Part shown: in pieces, positions 24,525 through 32,523 of the stretch | How the letters are laid out: each line of letters starts with the position of its first letter | How positions within the stretch are numbered: the first letter of the stretch is position 1 | Assembly: GCA_965662845.1 (NCBI GenBank) | Contig: CBFIJD010000034.1 | Location: 1-32,523, forward strand | Direction of reading: 5' to 3' | DNA from: an uncultured bacterium | GTDB lineage: Bacteria > SAR324 > NAC60-12 | Length of the DNA: 32,523 nt | Notes under the pieces: model-generated | Databases searched by the model: none | What the model was told of the DNA's origin: nothing | What the model saw: only the letters and a program-made list of their open reading frames with translations | Position numbers and translations under genes: made by a program

Positions 24525-25427
24525 TTAGAACAGCTCGATCCGACGCAAGAAAAACAGCACCTGAGGCATCCGCTGCCTCAGCTCGGGTTGGTCATCAATG
24601 GGGAACACCGCGCTGAACGGCCCGCCGTAGGCCGACAGGATGCGTTTGCCATCAAAAGAGTGCAGCACCTGCACCGGTAAGTCTAAGTCGGCAGCCTGCA
24701 ATGTCACGGGCTTCCCCACGTGAGGAACCAAGCGCGCTTGCGAATATCCTGAGTAGCCCTTGAGCAGCTCGCTCAACCGCACCGCCTCCACCTTATTCTC
24801 GCGAGTTGGAGCCGGCAGCGACTCCCGAAAACCACGAGGGAGCGGCAACACCCCCTCAAACCCGACTCTGGGCAGCCCCGCGATTTGTTCGTATGTCAGC
24901 GGAGCGGTCTGCCCGCCTTGGGTCACCAAAATTTCTGGCTGCTGGGAGGTCCCCAAGATGATGGTGTCTACATACCAGTTGTAGAGTCCGGGGTTGCCGG
25001 GCTGCTCGCGCATGATCATATACGGGCCGCCCCGGTTCTTCTTGATGCGTTTGCCATTGGAGGCGAAGGCGAGCATCACCTTATCGCGCAGGATTTGCTC
25101 GAGGGGCTCATAGGTCACATAGACATTGCTCGCGATGAACGTGACTCCCGCGATGTCCTCCGCTTGCGTCAGCTCCAGCATCGTCTCGACGGTGATGCCA
25201 CGGAACTCGTTGCGCCCATCATCAGGGAAGTTGGTGTCTTCTGCCACGTATGTCGTGGCGTGCGCTTCCATGGTCGCCTGATCCAGCACAAAGACGCCCT
25301 CGCGGTGCGCGGGGCCGATCTGCCCGACCACTTGCACCGACGTCTGTCTCTGCGCGAACGTCACACTCGCCGACACACACAACGCCAGCGCCAACCCCAG
25401 CCACATCCAACCATTCAATCGCTGCAT
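24525..25427 (-). CDS. Periplasmic protein with two tandem degenerate SUOX/molybdopterin-binding-like (PruR-like) domains
   Basis: Signal peptide from ATG 25427. Domain 1: FRGITVETMLE…ASNVY…MLAFASNGKRI…GGPY…WYVDTI. Domain 2: AVRLSELLK…LHSFDGKRI…GGPFSAVFP…LRRIEL. No Cys in the mature part. Confidence 0.7.
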   Translation of the reverse strand: MQRLNGWMWLGLALALCVSASVTFAQRQTSVQVVGQIGPAHREGVFVLDQATMEAHATTYVAEDTNFPDDGRNEFRGITVETMLELTQAEDIAGVTFIASNVYVTYEPLEQILRDKVMLAFASNGKRIKKNRGGPYMIMREQPGNPGLYNWYVDTIILGTSQQPEILVTQGGQTAPLTYEQIAGLPRVGFEGVLPLPRGFRESLPAPTRENKVEAVRLSELLKGYSGYSQARLVPHVGKPVTLQAADLDLPVQVLHSFDGKRILSAYGGPFSAVFPIDDQPELRQRMPQVLFFLRRIELF

Positions 25428-25574
25428 ATTGTCATCTCGCAAGGAAGTTTTTAGATCTTGTGCCGCATCGTCTGGCTCAAAGGTCGACAACGCTAGCTGA
25501 TTTCACTGACAATGTGTACTCTTCAGTGAAGTTTCTGCCACACCGCTTGTTTCCCCTCGCTCTGTAAAGGCTCC

Positions 25575-28500
25575 ATGCGTTATTCGTCCTATCTGAACCA
25601 AACGCTCCACCATCGCTATGAAGTCCGCGAACTCATCGGCGAAGGGGGCATGGGGCAGGTCTTCCGCGTGTGGGATCGCCAAGCGCGCACCGAGCGTGCG
25701 CTCAAGCTGATTGACACTCAACGCAAGCGCTATCCCCTAGAGAGCGTCTTCCGCTTCCAGACCGAAGCCCAGACGCTGCGCGAGCTGCAGCATCCGGCGA
25801 TCGTGCGCTATCTCGACTTCTTCCACGAAGAGCATGTCTACGCGCTGGTGATGGAGCTGCTCCCAGAGCCCACCCTGCGCGAGGTGCTGCACCGAGACGG
25901 GCCCCTCGCCAACCCAGACCTCCTCTTGCTGGCCCTAGAGTTGTCCCGCGCGCTCTGGTTTGTGCACGAACGCCAGCGCGTGCATCACGACATCAAGTCG
26001 GTGAACCTCAAAGTCGATCTCCCACAACGGCGTGTTAAGCTGCTGGACTTTGGGCTCGCAGAGCTGCTGCGCGGGACCTCACAACACAGCGGCGGCACGC
26101 TCGCCTACATGGCTCCAGAGCGCACAGGGATCTTGCACAAACAAGTCGACCATCGCGCAGATTTGTATTCTCTAGGCGTCTTGTTGTATGAAGCCGCGAC
26201 GGGGCACGTTCCTTTTCGCGCAAACGACCCTTCCGTCTTGATTCACCAGCACATCGCCCGCGCCCCCGACCCCCCGACGCAGCAGCGCCCAGATTTGCAT
26301 CCTCAGCTAGAAGCCATCATCCTGCATTTGCTGAACAAAGACCCTGACGACCGCTACCGCACCACCTTGGGGCTGCTGCGCGACCTCGAACGTCTGGAAC
26401 GCGAAGGCTTGCGCCAGACGCTGCGCTTTGCCCTTGCCGAGGACGATCACTGGAACAGCCTCCCGCTGCAAATTCCGCTCGTTGGACGCAACGCGGAGCT
26501 CCAGCAGCTTGCGACCCTCGCCGCCGAGGTCGCTGCACAACAGTCGGGGCGCCTGTTGCTGATTGAGGGCGAGGACGGCTTGGGCAAAACACGGCTGCTG
26601 CAAGAGTTCCGCAACCGCTGGGAGCAGCAAGGGCGCGCCTGTTGGTTTCCGAACACACACGCCGAAGAGACCGACGTTCCTTACCAGTTCTTCCGCGCGT
26701 GCTGGCGCGACATGCTCGAACATCTGCGCAACATCCCCGAAGAGCAACAGCGCGCCCTAGTCAACCTCGTCCATGAGCAGGTGGATCATTTGACGCCGCT
26801 GTTTCTGGAGTTTGCCCCCGAGCTCCGCACCTGGAGCAACCTTGTCGAGGAGAAATATCACCCCCTGCATCACCTTGACGTCCCGTCCACCCCTGCGAAC
26901 TACCACGAGATGATCTTGCGCACGATGCGGATCGTGGGTGCCCACAAGCCTTTCGCCGTGTTGGTGGACGACCTCCCGCGCTTAGACTCGGCATCCCAGC
27001 AGTTCTTCGCGGAGCAGTGGCCGGCGCTCGTCAACATTCCGGCGCTGTGGGTCTTCACGCTGCATCCACCCGACACCCCTGAAGCGTTCCAGCAGCTCCG
27101 CGCTGCGCAAGCGCCGCACCTGCACTTCCTGTCTCTGGAGCCCTTGCGCGAGGTCGATTATGCCGAGCTGCTGCGCAAGTATTTTCAAAATCGCTTCTAC
27201 GATTTGCACTCCTTCCTCGGGCGCCTGCACAGCGCCACGCAAGGACACCCAGAAGCCTTGCGTGTGCTCCTACAACAGCTCATTGACGAAGGCACCATCT
27301 ACTATCACGATCACGCGTGGCGTCTGCATCAGGAGGCGTTGTCACAGCGGATTCACGACTTTGAGCGCAGCCAAATTGAAACCCTCGGCCTCTGCTTTTT
27401 GTGTGACGAGCAAGACCGCGATGTGCTCTGCCGCGCTGCGGTGTTCCAGCGGGCTTTTTATTTTGAGGCGCTCGTCGACTTGATCCGTGTCGCGCCTGCG
27501 CTCGCGACGCCAGAGACGCGGCTTCCAGCCATTCTGGACCGCATGCTCCAACGCGGCATCCTCCACATCGACAACCGCCAGCTGTACGCCTTCCGTGACG
27601 GACGAGTGCGCATCGCGCTGCGCAATGAACTCGCCGAAGAGACCCGCCAACGCTGCCACACGGCCCTCGCTCAATTTCTGGAGAGGCACTATCTCGCTGA
27701 CGACCCCGACGCCATCTATGACATCGCGCACCACTGGGGCAAATCCCACGACCCCCAGACGGCGCTGGAATACTATCTCCTCGCCGCTCAGCACTCACAA
27801 CAGAAGGGCGCCGCCCGCCAACAGGTGGTGCTGTATTACCGTCTGGCGCTCGACGCCCTCCGCCAGCTCCCTGCCGAAGCGATCTCGGCAGCGCGACAGT
27901 TTGAGCTTCGCAAATGCGTCCTGCAGCAGAGCTTCTTCTTCACGCTGCAATTTGACCAATTGGCGCAGGAAGTCGCCGAGATGGGCCGCTTCGTCCAAGA
28001 CGATGCCGCGCGCCGCTGGGTGCACGTCTCCTTGCTGGCGCAGGTGAGCGCAGTGCAAGGCCGCAAAGCCGATCTGGAGCGCTACGCCCAACAAGTGCTG
28101 AACGAAGCCGATCCCCAGCGAGACCGAGAAGCGCTGGCGCGGGTCAAAGCCTATTTGGGGATGGTCGCCACTGAGCGCAGCTACAGCGAACGCATCGCCC
28201 TGTTAGACCAAGCGATCCAGAGCCTGCGACAGCAAATGCTGCACGAGAACGCCATCGGGTTAGTCAACATCCGCACCACGCTGCTGTGTTATCAGTGCCG
28301 TTTTGCCGAGGCCGAGGAGCGGATCGACGAAGCTGTGGAGTGGATGCACCGCACCCGTCAGCCGTTCCTAGACATCGTTGCGATTTTCTTGCGCTCTTTT
28401 GTCGCGAGCGAGCGGGGCGACTTTCCTGCCGTGCTCAAGATGCTCGCTCCGGTGCGTCAGATGTTGGAAGAAGAACCGCAGCGCGCCGAGCAGCTCAAAG

Positions 28501-30494
28501 AATACATGGGGCGCGCAGGGCAATCGCAGATTCACATCCTGGTCGCGCAAGCGCTGGCCATGACAGGGCAGCTCCAAACCGCGCTCAACTTGCTTGAGCC
28601 ACTCCTTGAGCCCTCGCAACAAAACGAACAACGCTTTGAACGCGGCGCCGCCTTGCTGGTGCGCTGCAAGATCGCGCTCTTCGTCCAAGAAAACCCACAG
28701 CTCACGCTGACCTATCTGGAGCAGGGCTTTGCGCAGATGCGCGCCCGACCCGACCGCCTGGTGCTGACCTCGTTTCTCTTTTTAGAAGCGTGGGCGCACA
28801 CCAACCTACAGCAATACGCTCCCGCGCAGGTGGCGCTGGAACAAGCACAGCAAACCGCCCACGACCTCGACGCTTTGCAGCTTCAGCTGATGCTGCGCTT
28901 CCTGGCGCTGCGGCTGCACTGGTTTCGGGAGCACGACAAGGCGCTGCTGGCAGAAGCGCGCGACGCGCTGGAAGAGTTTGTCGCGGCGGGACTGACGGGA
29001 TATTACGAGCTTGCGTCTGAGGACATGAAGTCATGGAAGAACGTCCTCGCCGACACCTCCAGCAACTCATCCATCACGACGGGGCAGTCGGGGCTCTATC
29101 AACTGATGGACATCAACCGCCAAATCTCTAGCACCCTCGACCAAGAGCAGCTCTTCCCTCGCATCTTGGAAGGCGCCATGCGGCTCTCCGGCGCCGAGCA
29201 GGGCTACCTGTTTGTGTTCGATGAGCGCTGTGCTCTCGACGATTTTGGCAACGCAGACGTCCTCCGCGCCACGTGTGACACCGACGGCAAGCCGCTCCCG
29301 GCCAGCCAACAGCGCTTCGTGCCGCGTGTGCTGCAAACGGTGCTCGACACACGGCACACGTTCATTCTGCGAGACGCCCGCAACGAATATCGCTGGCGCG
29401 ATGACGAGGTGATTCAGCAGCATCAACTTCGCTCGATCTTGGCCACGCCGATTGTGCTTCGGCAGCAAATCAAAGGCATTTTGTATCTGGACAATCGGCA
29501 AGCCTCGGCCCTGTTTACGCAGCAAGACCAAGAGCTGGTGGAGCTGTTCGCGGTGCAGGTCGCCGTCGCGCTCAACAACGCTCGCATGTATGAAGCCGAG
29601 CAGCACTCTCGCAAGCAACTGGAGAGCACGCTGCAAGTCTTTGAACGCTTCGTGCCTCGTCAGTTTACTCGCGATTTGGGCTCGGGTGAGGTTGAAGGGT
29701 TGCAGGCGGGGATGGCGAAGCAAGCGACCATGTCGATCTTGTTCTCTGACATTCGCTCGTTCACGTCGATTAGCGAGCAGCTCTCGCCTGAAGCGCTGTT
29801 TGCGATGCTCAACGAATATCTGCATCACATGGAAGTCCCGATTCGACGGCAGGGGGGCTTTGTGGATAAGTTCATCGGCGACGCCGTCATGGCGCTGTTT
29901 GAACGGGAACCCCTGTGCGCAGTGAATGCGGCCTTGGGCATGCAGCAGCAGCTACAGCTATACAACAGCCGCCGTGTGCAACGCGGAGAGAAGCCGCTGC
30001 AAGCAGGCATTGGCATCCACACCGGTGAGGTCACAAAAGGAGTCATCGGCTCTAGTGAGCGCTTTGACACCACCGTGATTGGCGACACCGTGAACACCGC
30101 CTCGCGGCTGGAATCGCTGACGAAGCTCTATGGTTGCAGTCTGTTGATCAGCGGTGAGACCCTCGCCGCGCTGCCTGCGGACAGCACCCTGCTGCAACGT
30201 CGTGTGGATGTGTTGCAGGTCAAAGGACGCAGCCAACCCACCGTGCTCATCGAGGTTTTTGAAGGCGATCTGCCGCAGTTGCGCATGCGCAAACAAGCGA
30301 TGCTGTCCACGTTTGAGGACGCGTTTCAACTGTATCAAGCAGGACAGTGGACAGCAGCCCACCGAGCCTTTCGCGCCTATCACAACGACTTTCCTGAAGA
30401 TCGCCTTGGGCTTGTGTTTTTGGAGCGCTGTACCCATTTTCTCGCGGATTCTCCCGTCGCGTGGGACGGGACCTATGCCATTGCGCACAAGTGA
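25575..30494 (+). CDS. Ser/Thr kinase - AAA/STAND ATPase - helical (TPR-like) - GAF - class III adenylate cyclase fusion
   Basis: Kinase GEGGMGQV, ALK, HHDIK, DFG, YMAPE. Walker A GEDGLGKT and Walker B VLVDD. GAF RSILATPI…GILYLDN…FT..D. Cyclase FSDIRSFT, DKFIGDAVMA, IGDTVNTASRLE. Confidence 0.93.
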   Translation: MRYSSYLNQTLHHRYEVRELIGEGGMGQVFRVWDRQARTERALKLIDTQRKRYPLESVFRFQTEAQTLRELQHPAIVRYLDFFHEEHVYALVMELLPEPTLREVLHRDGPLANPDLLLLALELSRALWFVHERQRVHHDIKSVNLKVDLPQRRVKLLDFGLAELLRGTSQHSGGTLAYMAPERTGILHKQVDHRADLYSLGVLLYEAATGHVPFRANDPSVLIHQHIARAPDPPTQQRPDLHPQLEAIILHLLNKDPDDRYRTTLGLLRDLERLEREGLRQTLRFALAEDDHWNSLPLQIPLVGRNAELQQLATLAAEVAAQQSGRLLLIEGEDGLGKTRLLQEFRNRWEQQGRACWFPNTHAEETDVPYQFFRACWRDMLEHLRNIPEEQQRALVNLVHEQVDHLTPLFLEFAPELRTWSNLVEEKYHPLHHLDVPSTPANYHEMILRTMRIVGAHKPFAVLVDDLPRLDSASQQFFAEQWPALVNIPALWVFTLHPPDTPEAFQQLRAAQAPHLHFLSLEPLREVDYAELLRKYFQNRFYDLHSFLGRLHSATQGHPEALRVLLQQLIDEGTIYYHDHAWRLHQEALSQRIHDFERSQIETLGLCFLCDEQDRDVLCRAAVFQRAFYFEALVDLIRVAPALATPETRLPAILDRMLQRGILHIDNRQLYAFRDGRVRIALRNELAEETRQRCHTALAQFLERHYLADDPDAIYDIAHHWGKSHDPQTALEYYLLAAQHSQQKGAARQQVVLYYRLALDALRQLPAEAISAARQFELRKCVLQQSFFFTLQFDQLAQEVAEMGRFVQDDAARRWVHVSLLAQVSAVQGRKADLERYAQQVLNEADPQRDREALARVKAYLGMVATERSYSERIALLDQAIQSLRQQMLHENAIGLVNIRTTLLCYQCRFAEAEERIDEAVEWMHRTRQPFLDIVAIFLRSFVASERGDFPAVLKMLAPVRQMLEEEPQRAEQLKEYMGRAGQSQIHILVAQALAMTGQLQTALNLLEPLLEPSQQNEQRFERGAALLVRCKIALFVQENPQLTLTYLEQGFAQMRARPDRLVLTSFLFLEAWAHTNLQQYAPAQVALEQAQQTAHDLDALQLQLMLRFLALRLHWFREHDKALLAEARDALEEFVAAGLTGYYELASEDMKSWKNVLADTSSNSSITTGQSGLYQLMDINRQISSTLDQEQLFPRILEGAMRLSGAEQGYLFVFDERCALDDFGNADVLRATCDTDGKPLPASQQRFVPRVLQTVLDTRHTFILRDARNEYRWRDDEVIQQHQLRSILATPIVLRQQIKGILYLDNRQASALFTQQDQELVELFAVQVAVALNNARMYEAEQHSRKQLESTLQVFERFVPRQFTRDLGSGEVEGLQAGMAKQATMSILFSDIRSFTSISEQLSPEALFAMLNEYLHHMEVPIRRQGGFVDKFIGDAVMALFEREPLCAVNAALGMQQQLQLYNSRRVQRGEKPLQAGIGIHTGEVTKGVIGSSERFDTTVIGDTVNTASRLESLTKLYGCSLLISGETLAALPADSTLLQRRVDVLQVKGRSQPTVLIEVFEGDLPQLRMRKQAMLSTFEDAFQLYQAGQWTAAHRAFRAYHNDFPEDRLGLVFLERCTHFLADSPVAWDGTYAIAHK

Positions 30495-30509
30495 CGCCTA
30501 GGACCCTTC

Positions 30510-31058
30510 ATGATGAACCGAGACGGACGCTTTGAGAAAATCACCGCACAAGACGTGCGCAAGTTTGTGGAGATCGTCTTTCAACACACCGACGACCACT
30601 TCTACAACTTCTGCTTGATCGGCGACAACGTGCGCGCGTTGATGTCCGCGCCGTCTTCCACCGAGCTGAGTCTGGAGCACGTCAGCGCTTTTGAGACGAA
30701 TTTGTCGAGTGGGTTCTGCGCTTGCAACCCACTCCCAGCCGAAGTCGTCGCCCGCGTGATCGCCTCTCCCATTTTGACCAAAAAGATTGACCTGCCTAAG
30801 TTTCAACAAGCGACCCATCGCGCCCTACTCCTGAACCCTTACCATCCCCGCAAAAAGTTTGTGTTGATCTATGGGCAGTTCAACGAAGACCTGATCACGT
30901 GGGCAGGAGAAGAAGACCAGCGCCGCTTTCCACCACAAATCATCCAACAAGAGATCGGCCCACACCTGCTGCGCGAGTATTACCAGCGCATGATGGAGCT
31001 GTGGGCTGTGTTTCACCTGTATGAGCGCTTTCGCGCTCTTTCGTCCAACTCTCGCTGA
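30510..31058 (+). CDS. Hypothetical protein
   Basis: 182-aa ORF filling the gap between two co-oriented genes (15- and 14-bp spacers), with codon style like its neighbours. No recognised motif. Confidence 0.75.
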   Translation: MMNRDGRFEKITAQDVRKFVEIVFQHTDDHFYNFCLIGDNVRALMSAPSSTELSLEHVSAFETNLSSGFCACNPLPAEVVARVIASPILTKKIDLPKFQQATHRALLLNPYHPRKKFVLIYGQFNEDLITWAGEEDQRRFPPQIIQQEIGPHLLREYYQRMMELWAVFHLYERFRALSSNSR

Positions 31059-31072
31059 ACAGAGGCTGCCCC

Positions 31073-32317
31073 ATGATTGCTGCACCGCTGCACCCTGAAG
31101 AAGACCAGCGCCTTGAGACGCTCTTGAAATATGAAATCCTCGACTCTGCTTACGAGAGGGGCTTTGACGAGCTCACCACGCTGGCGGCCTACATCTGTGG
31201 CGCGCCGATCTCATTGGTGAGCCTGATTGATGCCGACCGTCAGTGGTTCAAAGCACACCATGGGCTCGATACTCGTGAGACGCCACGAGAGCAGTCGTTC
31301 TGCGCCCACGCGATTCACAGCCCAGAGCAAGTCATGGTCGTCGAAGACGCCATCACCGATGAACGCTTCCACGACAATCCGCTCGTCACCCACGAGCCCA
31401 GCATCCGGTTCTATGCCGGTGCACCGCTCATCGCCACAAACGGCATGCCCATGGGAACTTTGTGCGTCATTGACCGCCGCCCGCGCCGGCTCACGACCGA
31501 ACAACACCAGGCGCTGCAAATGCTGAGTCGGCAGGTGGTCGATTTGCTCGAGCTGCGCATCGCACTGCGCCGCAAAGAAGAGCACGCCAAAGAGTTAGAG
31601 CGCCTCAACCGTGAGAAAGATCGCTTCATGTCCTTGATGTCTCACGACCTCAAAGGCCCCATCGGCGCGCTGCTGTTCAGTATGCAATTTGTGGAAAATC
31701 AAGTCACCGACGCCAAGCAGCGAGAGCTCTTCCGTGACATGACGCGCACCACGCAGAAAGTGTATGACCTCGCAGACAGTCTGCTGGCGTGGGCTCGCTT
31801 GCAGACCGGGAAAACTCGTGTCCGAGCGCGTCAATGCGACCTGCCGGCCCTCCTGCGAGAAGTCATCGGTCAGCTGTCTCACGTTGCACAGCAGAAGCAC
31901 ATCGAGTTGATTTCGCACTTTCCAGCCCATGCGGAAGCTTGGGCCGATCCCGACATGGTGCGCGCCATCCTACGGAACTTGAGCTCCAACGCGATCAAGT
32001 TCACGAAGAGCGGCGGGAGAGTCGAATATCGAGCTGCTCTCGCAGACAACACCCTCGAAATTCGCATCAGTGACACAGGAGTCGGCATGAGCGAGGAGGT
32101 TCGCCAAAAACTCTTCCGCATCGACGAGCTGTACACGGCGTGGGGCACAGACGGCGAAGAAGGGAATGGAATGGGGCTTGTCCTCTGCAAAGAGTTCGCA
32201 GAGCAGAACGGAGGAGAGCTTGGCTTGGAGAGCACACTTGGAGAGGGGACCACCGTTTGGGTTCGCCTGCCCATCAAAGCGCCTAACGCTTCCAGAGAGA
32301 CCCCAACGGCTCGTTAA
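31073..32317 (+). CDS. Cytoplasmic GAF-sensor histidine kinase
   Basis: RL..L..YEILD…RQWFKA…SFCAHAI…RFYAGAPL…GTLCVID GAF; SHDLKGP H-box, NLSSNAIKFT, DTGVGM, GNGMGL. Confidence 0.93.
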   Translation: MIAAPLHPEEDQRLETLLKYEILDSAYERGFDELTTLAAYICGAPISLVSLIDADRQWFKAHHGLDTRETPREQSFCAHAIHSPEQVMVVEDAITDERFHDNPLVTHEPSIRFYAGAPLIATNGMPMGTLCVIDRRPRRLTTEQHQALQMLSRQVVDLLELRIALRRKEEHAKELERLNREKDRFMSLMSHDLKGPIGALLFSMQFVENQVTDAKQRELFRDMTRTTQKVYDLADSLLAWARLQTGKTRVRARQCDLPALLREVIGQLSHVAQQKHIELISHFPAHAEAWADPDMVRAILRNLSSNAIKFTKSGGRVEYRAALADNTLEIRISDTGVGMSEEVRQKLFRIDELYTAWGTDGEEGNGMGLVLCKEFAEQNGGELGLESTLGEGTTVWVRLPIKAPNASRETPTAR

Positions 32318-32424
32318 CAAACAACGCTCTTGATGCGTTCCCGTCAGCTAGGCGCCAGGGCCCCCATGGCGGTCTACTATCTTCAAAATGTCTATGGGAA
32401 ACCGGGAAACCACAAACGGGGAAA

Positions 32425-32516
32425 CCGGAAAAACAAAATCGCGGTCTTCTCCGGCCCAATCAGGGCGAAAAACCTTTCGCCCCTATCGATCGCCCCTACC
32501 GACGGTTTTCGTCCCC
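32425..32516 (-). repeat. REP-like composite repeat, copy D (inverted)
   Basis: Reverse complement reads GGGGACGAAAACCGTCGGTAGGGGCGATCGATAGGGGCGAAAGGTTTTTCGCCCTGATTGGGCCGGAGAAGACCGCGATTTTG, aligning with copies A-C. Confidence 0.8.
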
Positions 32517-32523
32517 AAGCCGG

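Noticed and set aside
32281..32318. GCCTAAC…GTTAAC as an attC site
   Set aside because: Lies inside the kinase coding sequence, is too short and lacks internal complementarity.
8529..32320. Numerous 60-270 aa overlapping or antisense ORFs in the GC-rich block
   Set aside because: Expected shadows of long high-GC genes; none shows a family motif.
1..32523. tRNA, rRNA, integrase, RAYT, reverse transcriptase or cas genes
   Set aside because: None recognised by eye or in the ORF track; small structured RNAs cannot be excluded without a covariance search.

Overview
The window has two parts. (1) Positions 1-8435 are a compositionally patchy accessory region. It holds three copies of a GTAG-type REP-like composite repeat and four co-oriented minus-strand type II toxin-antitoxin modules (DUF433/DUF5615, VapBC, an antitoxin with truncated vapC, HicAB); three of the four toxins carry an apparent lesion. 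It also holds a class III Fic gene, an amber-interrupted EamA transporter, and an isolated KGSADH-like aldehyde dehydrogenase with a 40-bp duplicated start. Micro-fragments not shown as such in the ORF track include one SBBP propeller blade, an HsdM-like tail, an IS630 DDE piece, attC-like half sites and a possible lone CRISPR repeat. (2) Positions ~8440-32340 are a GC-rich, gene-dense chromosomal block: holB, a secreted hypothetical, recD2, a 1711-aa multi-propeller lipoprotein, a UvrD/Rep helicase, mtaB and an outer-membrane barrel. A ~10.5-kb divergent signalling cluster follows. Its left arm encodes a tandem PruR/SUOX-like periplasmic protein, a histidine kinase, a lone receiver and a DUF4326 protein. 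Its right arm encodes a Ser/Thr kinase-ATPase-GAF-adenylate cyclase, a hypothetical and a GAF histidine kinase. A fourth, inverted REP-like copy closes the window. The best candidates for new biology are the putative pterin-sensing phosphorelay and the repeat-punctuated mosaic of disarmed TA modules and gene fragments. All family calls are from motif recognition by eye; no database search was run.
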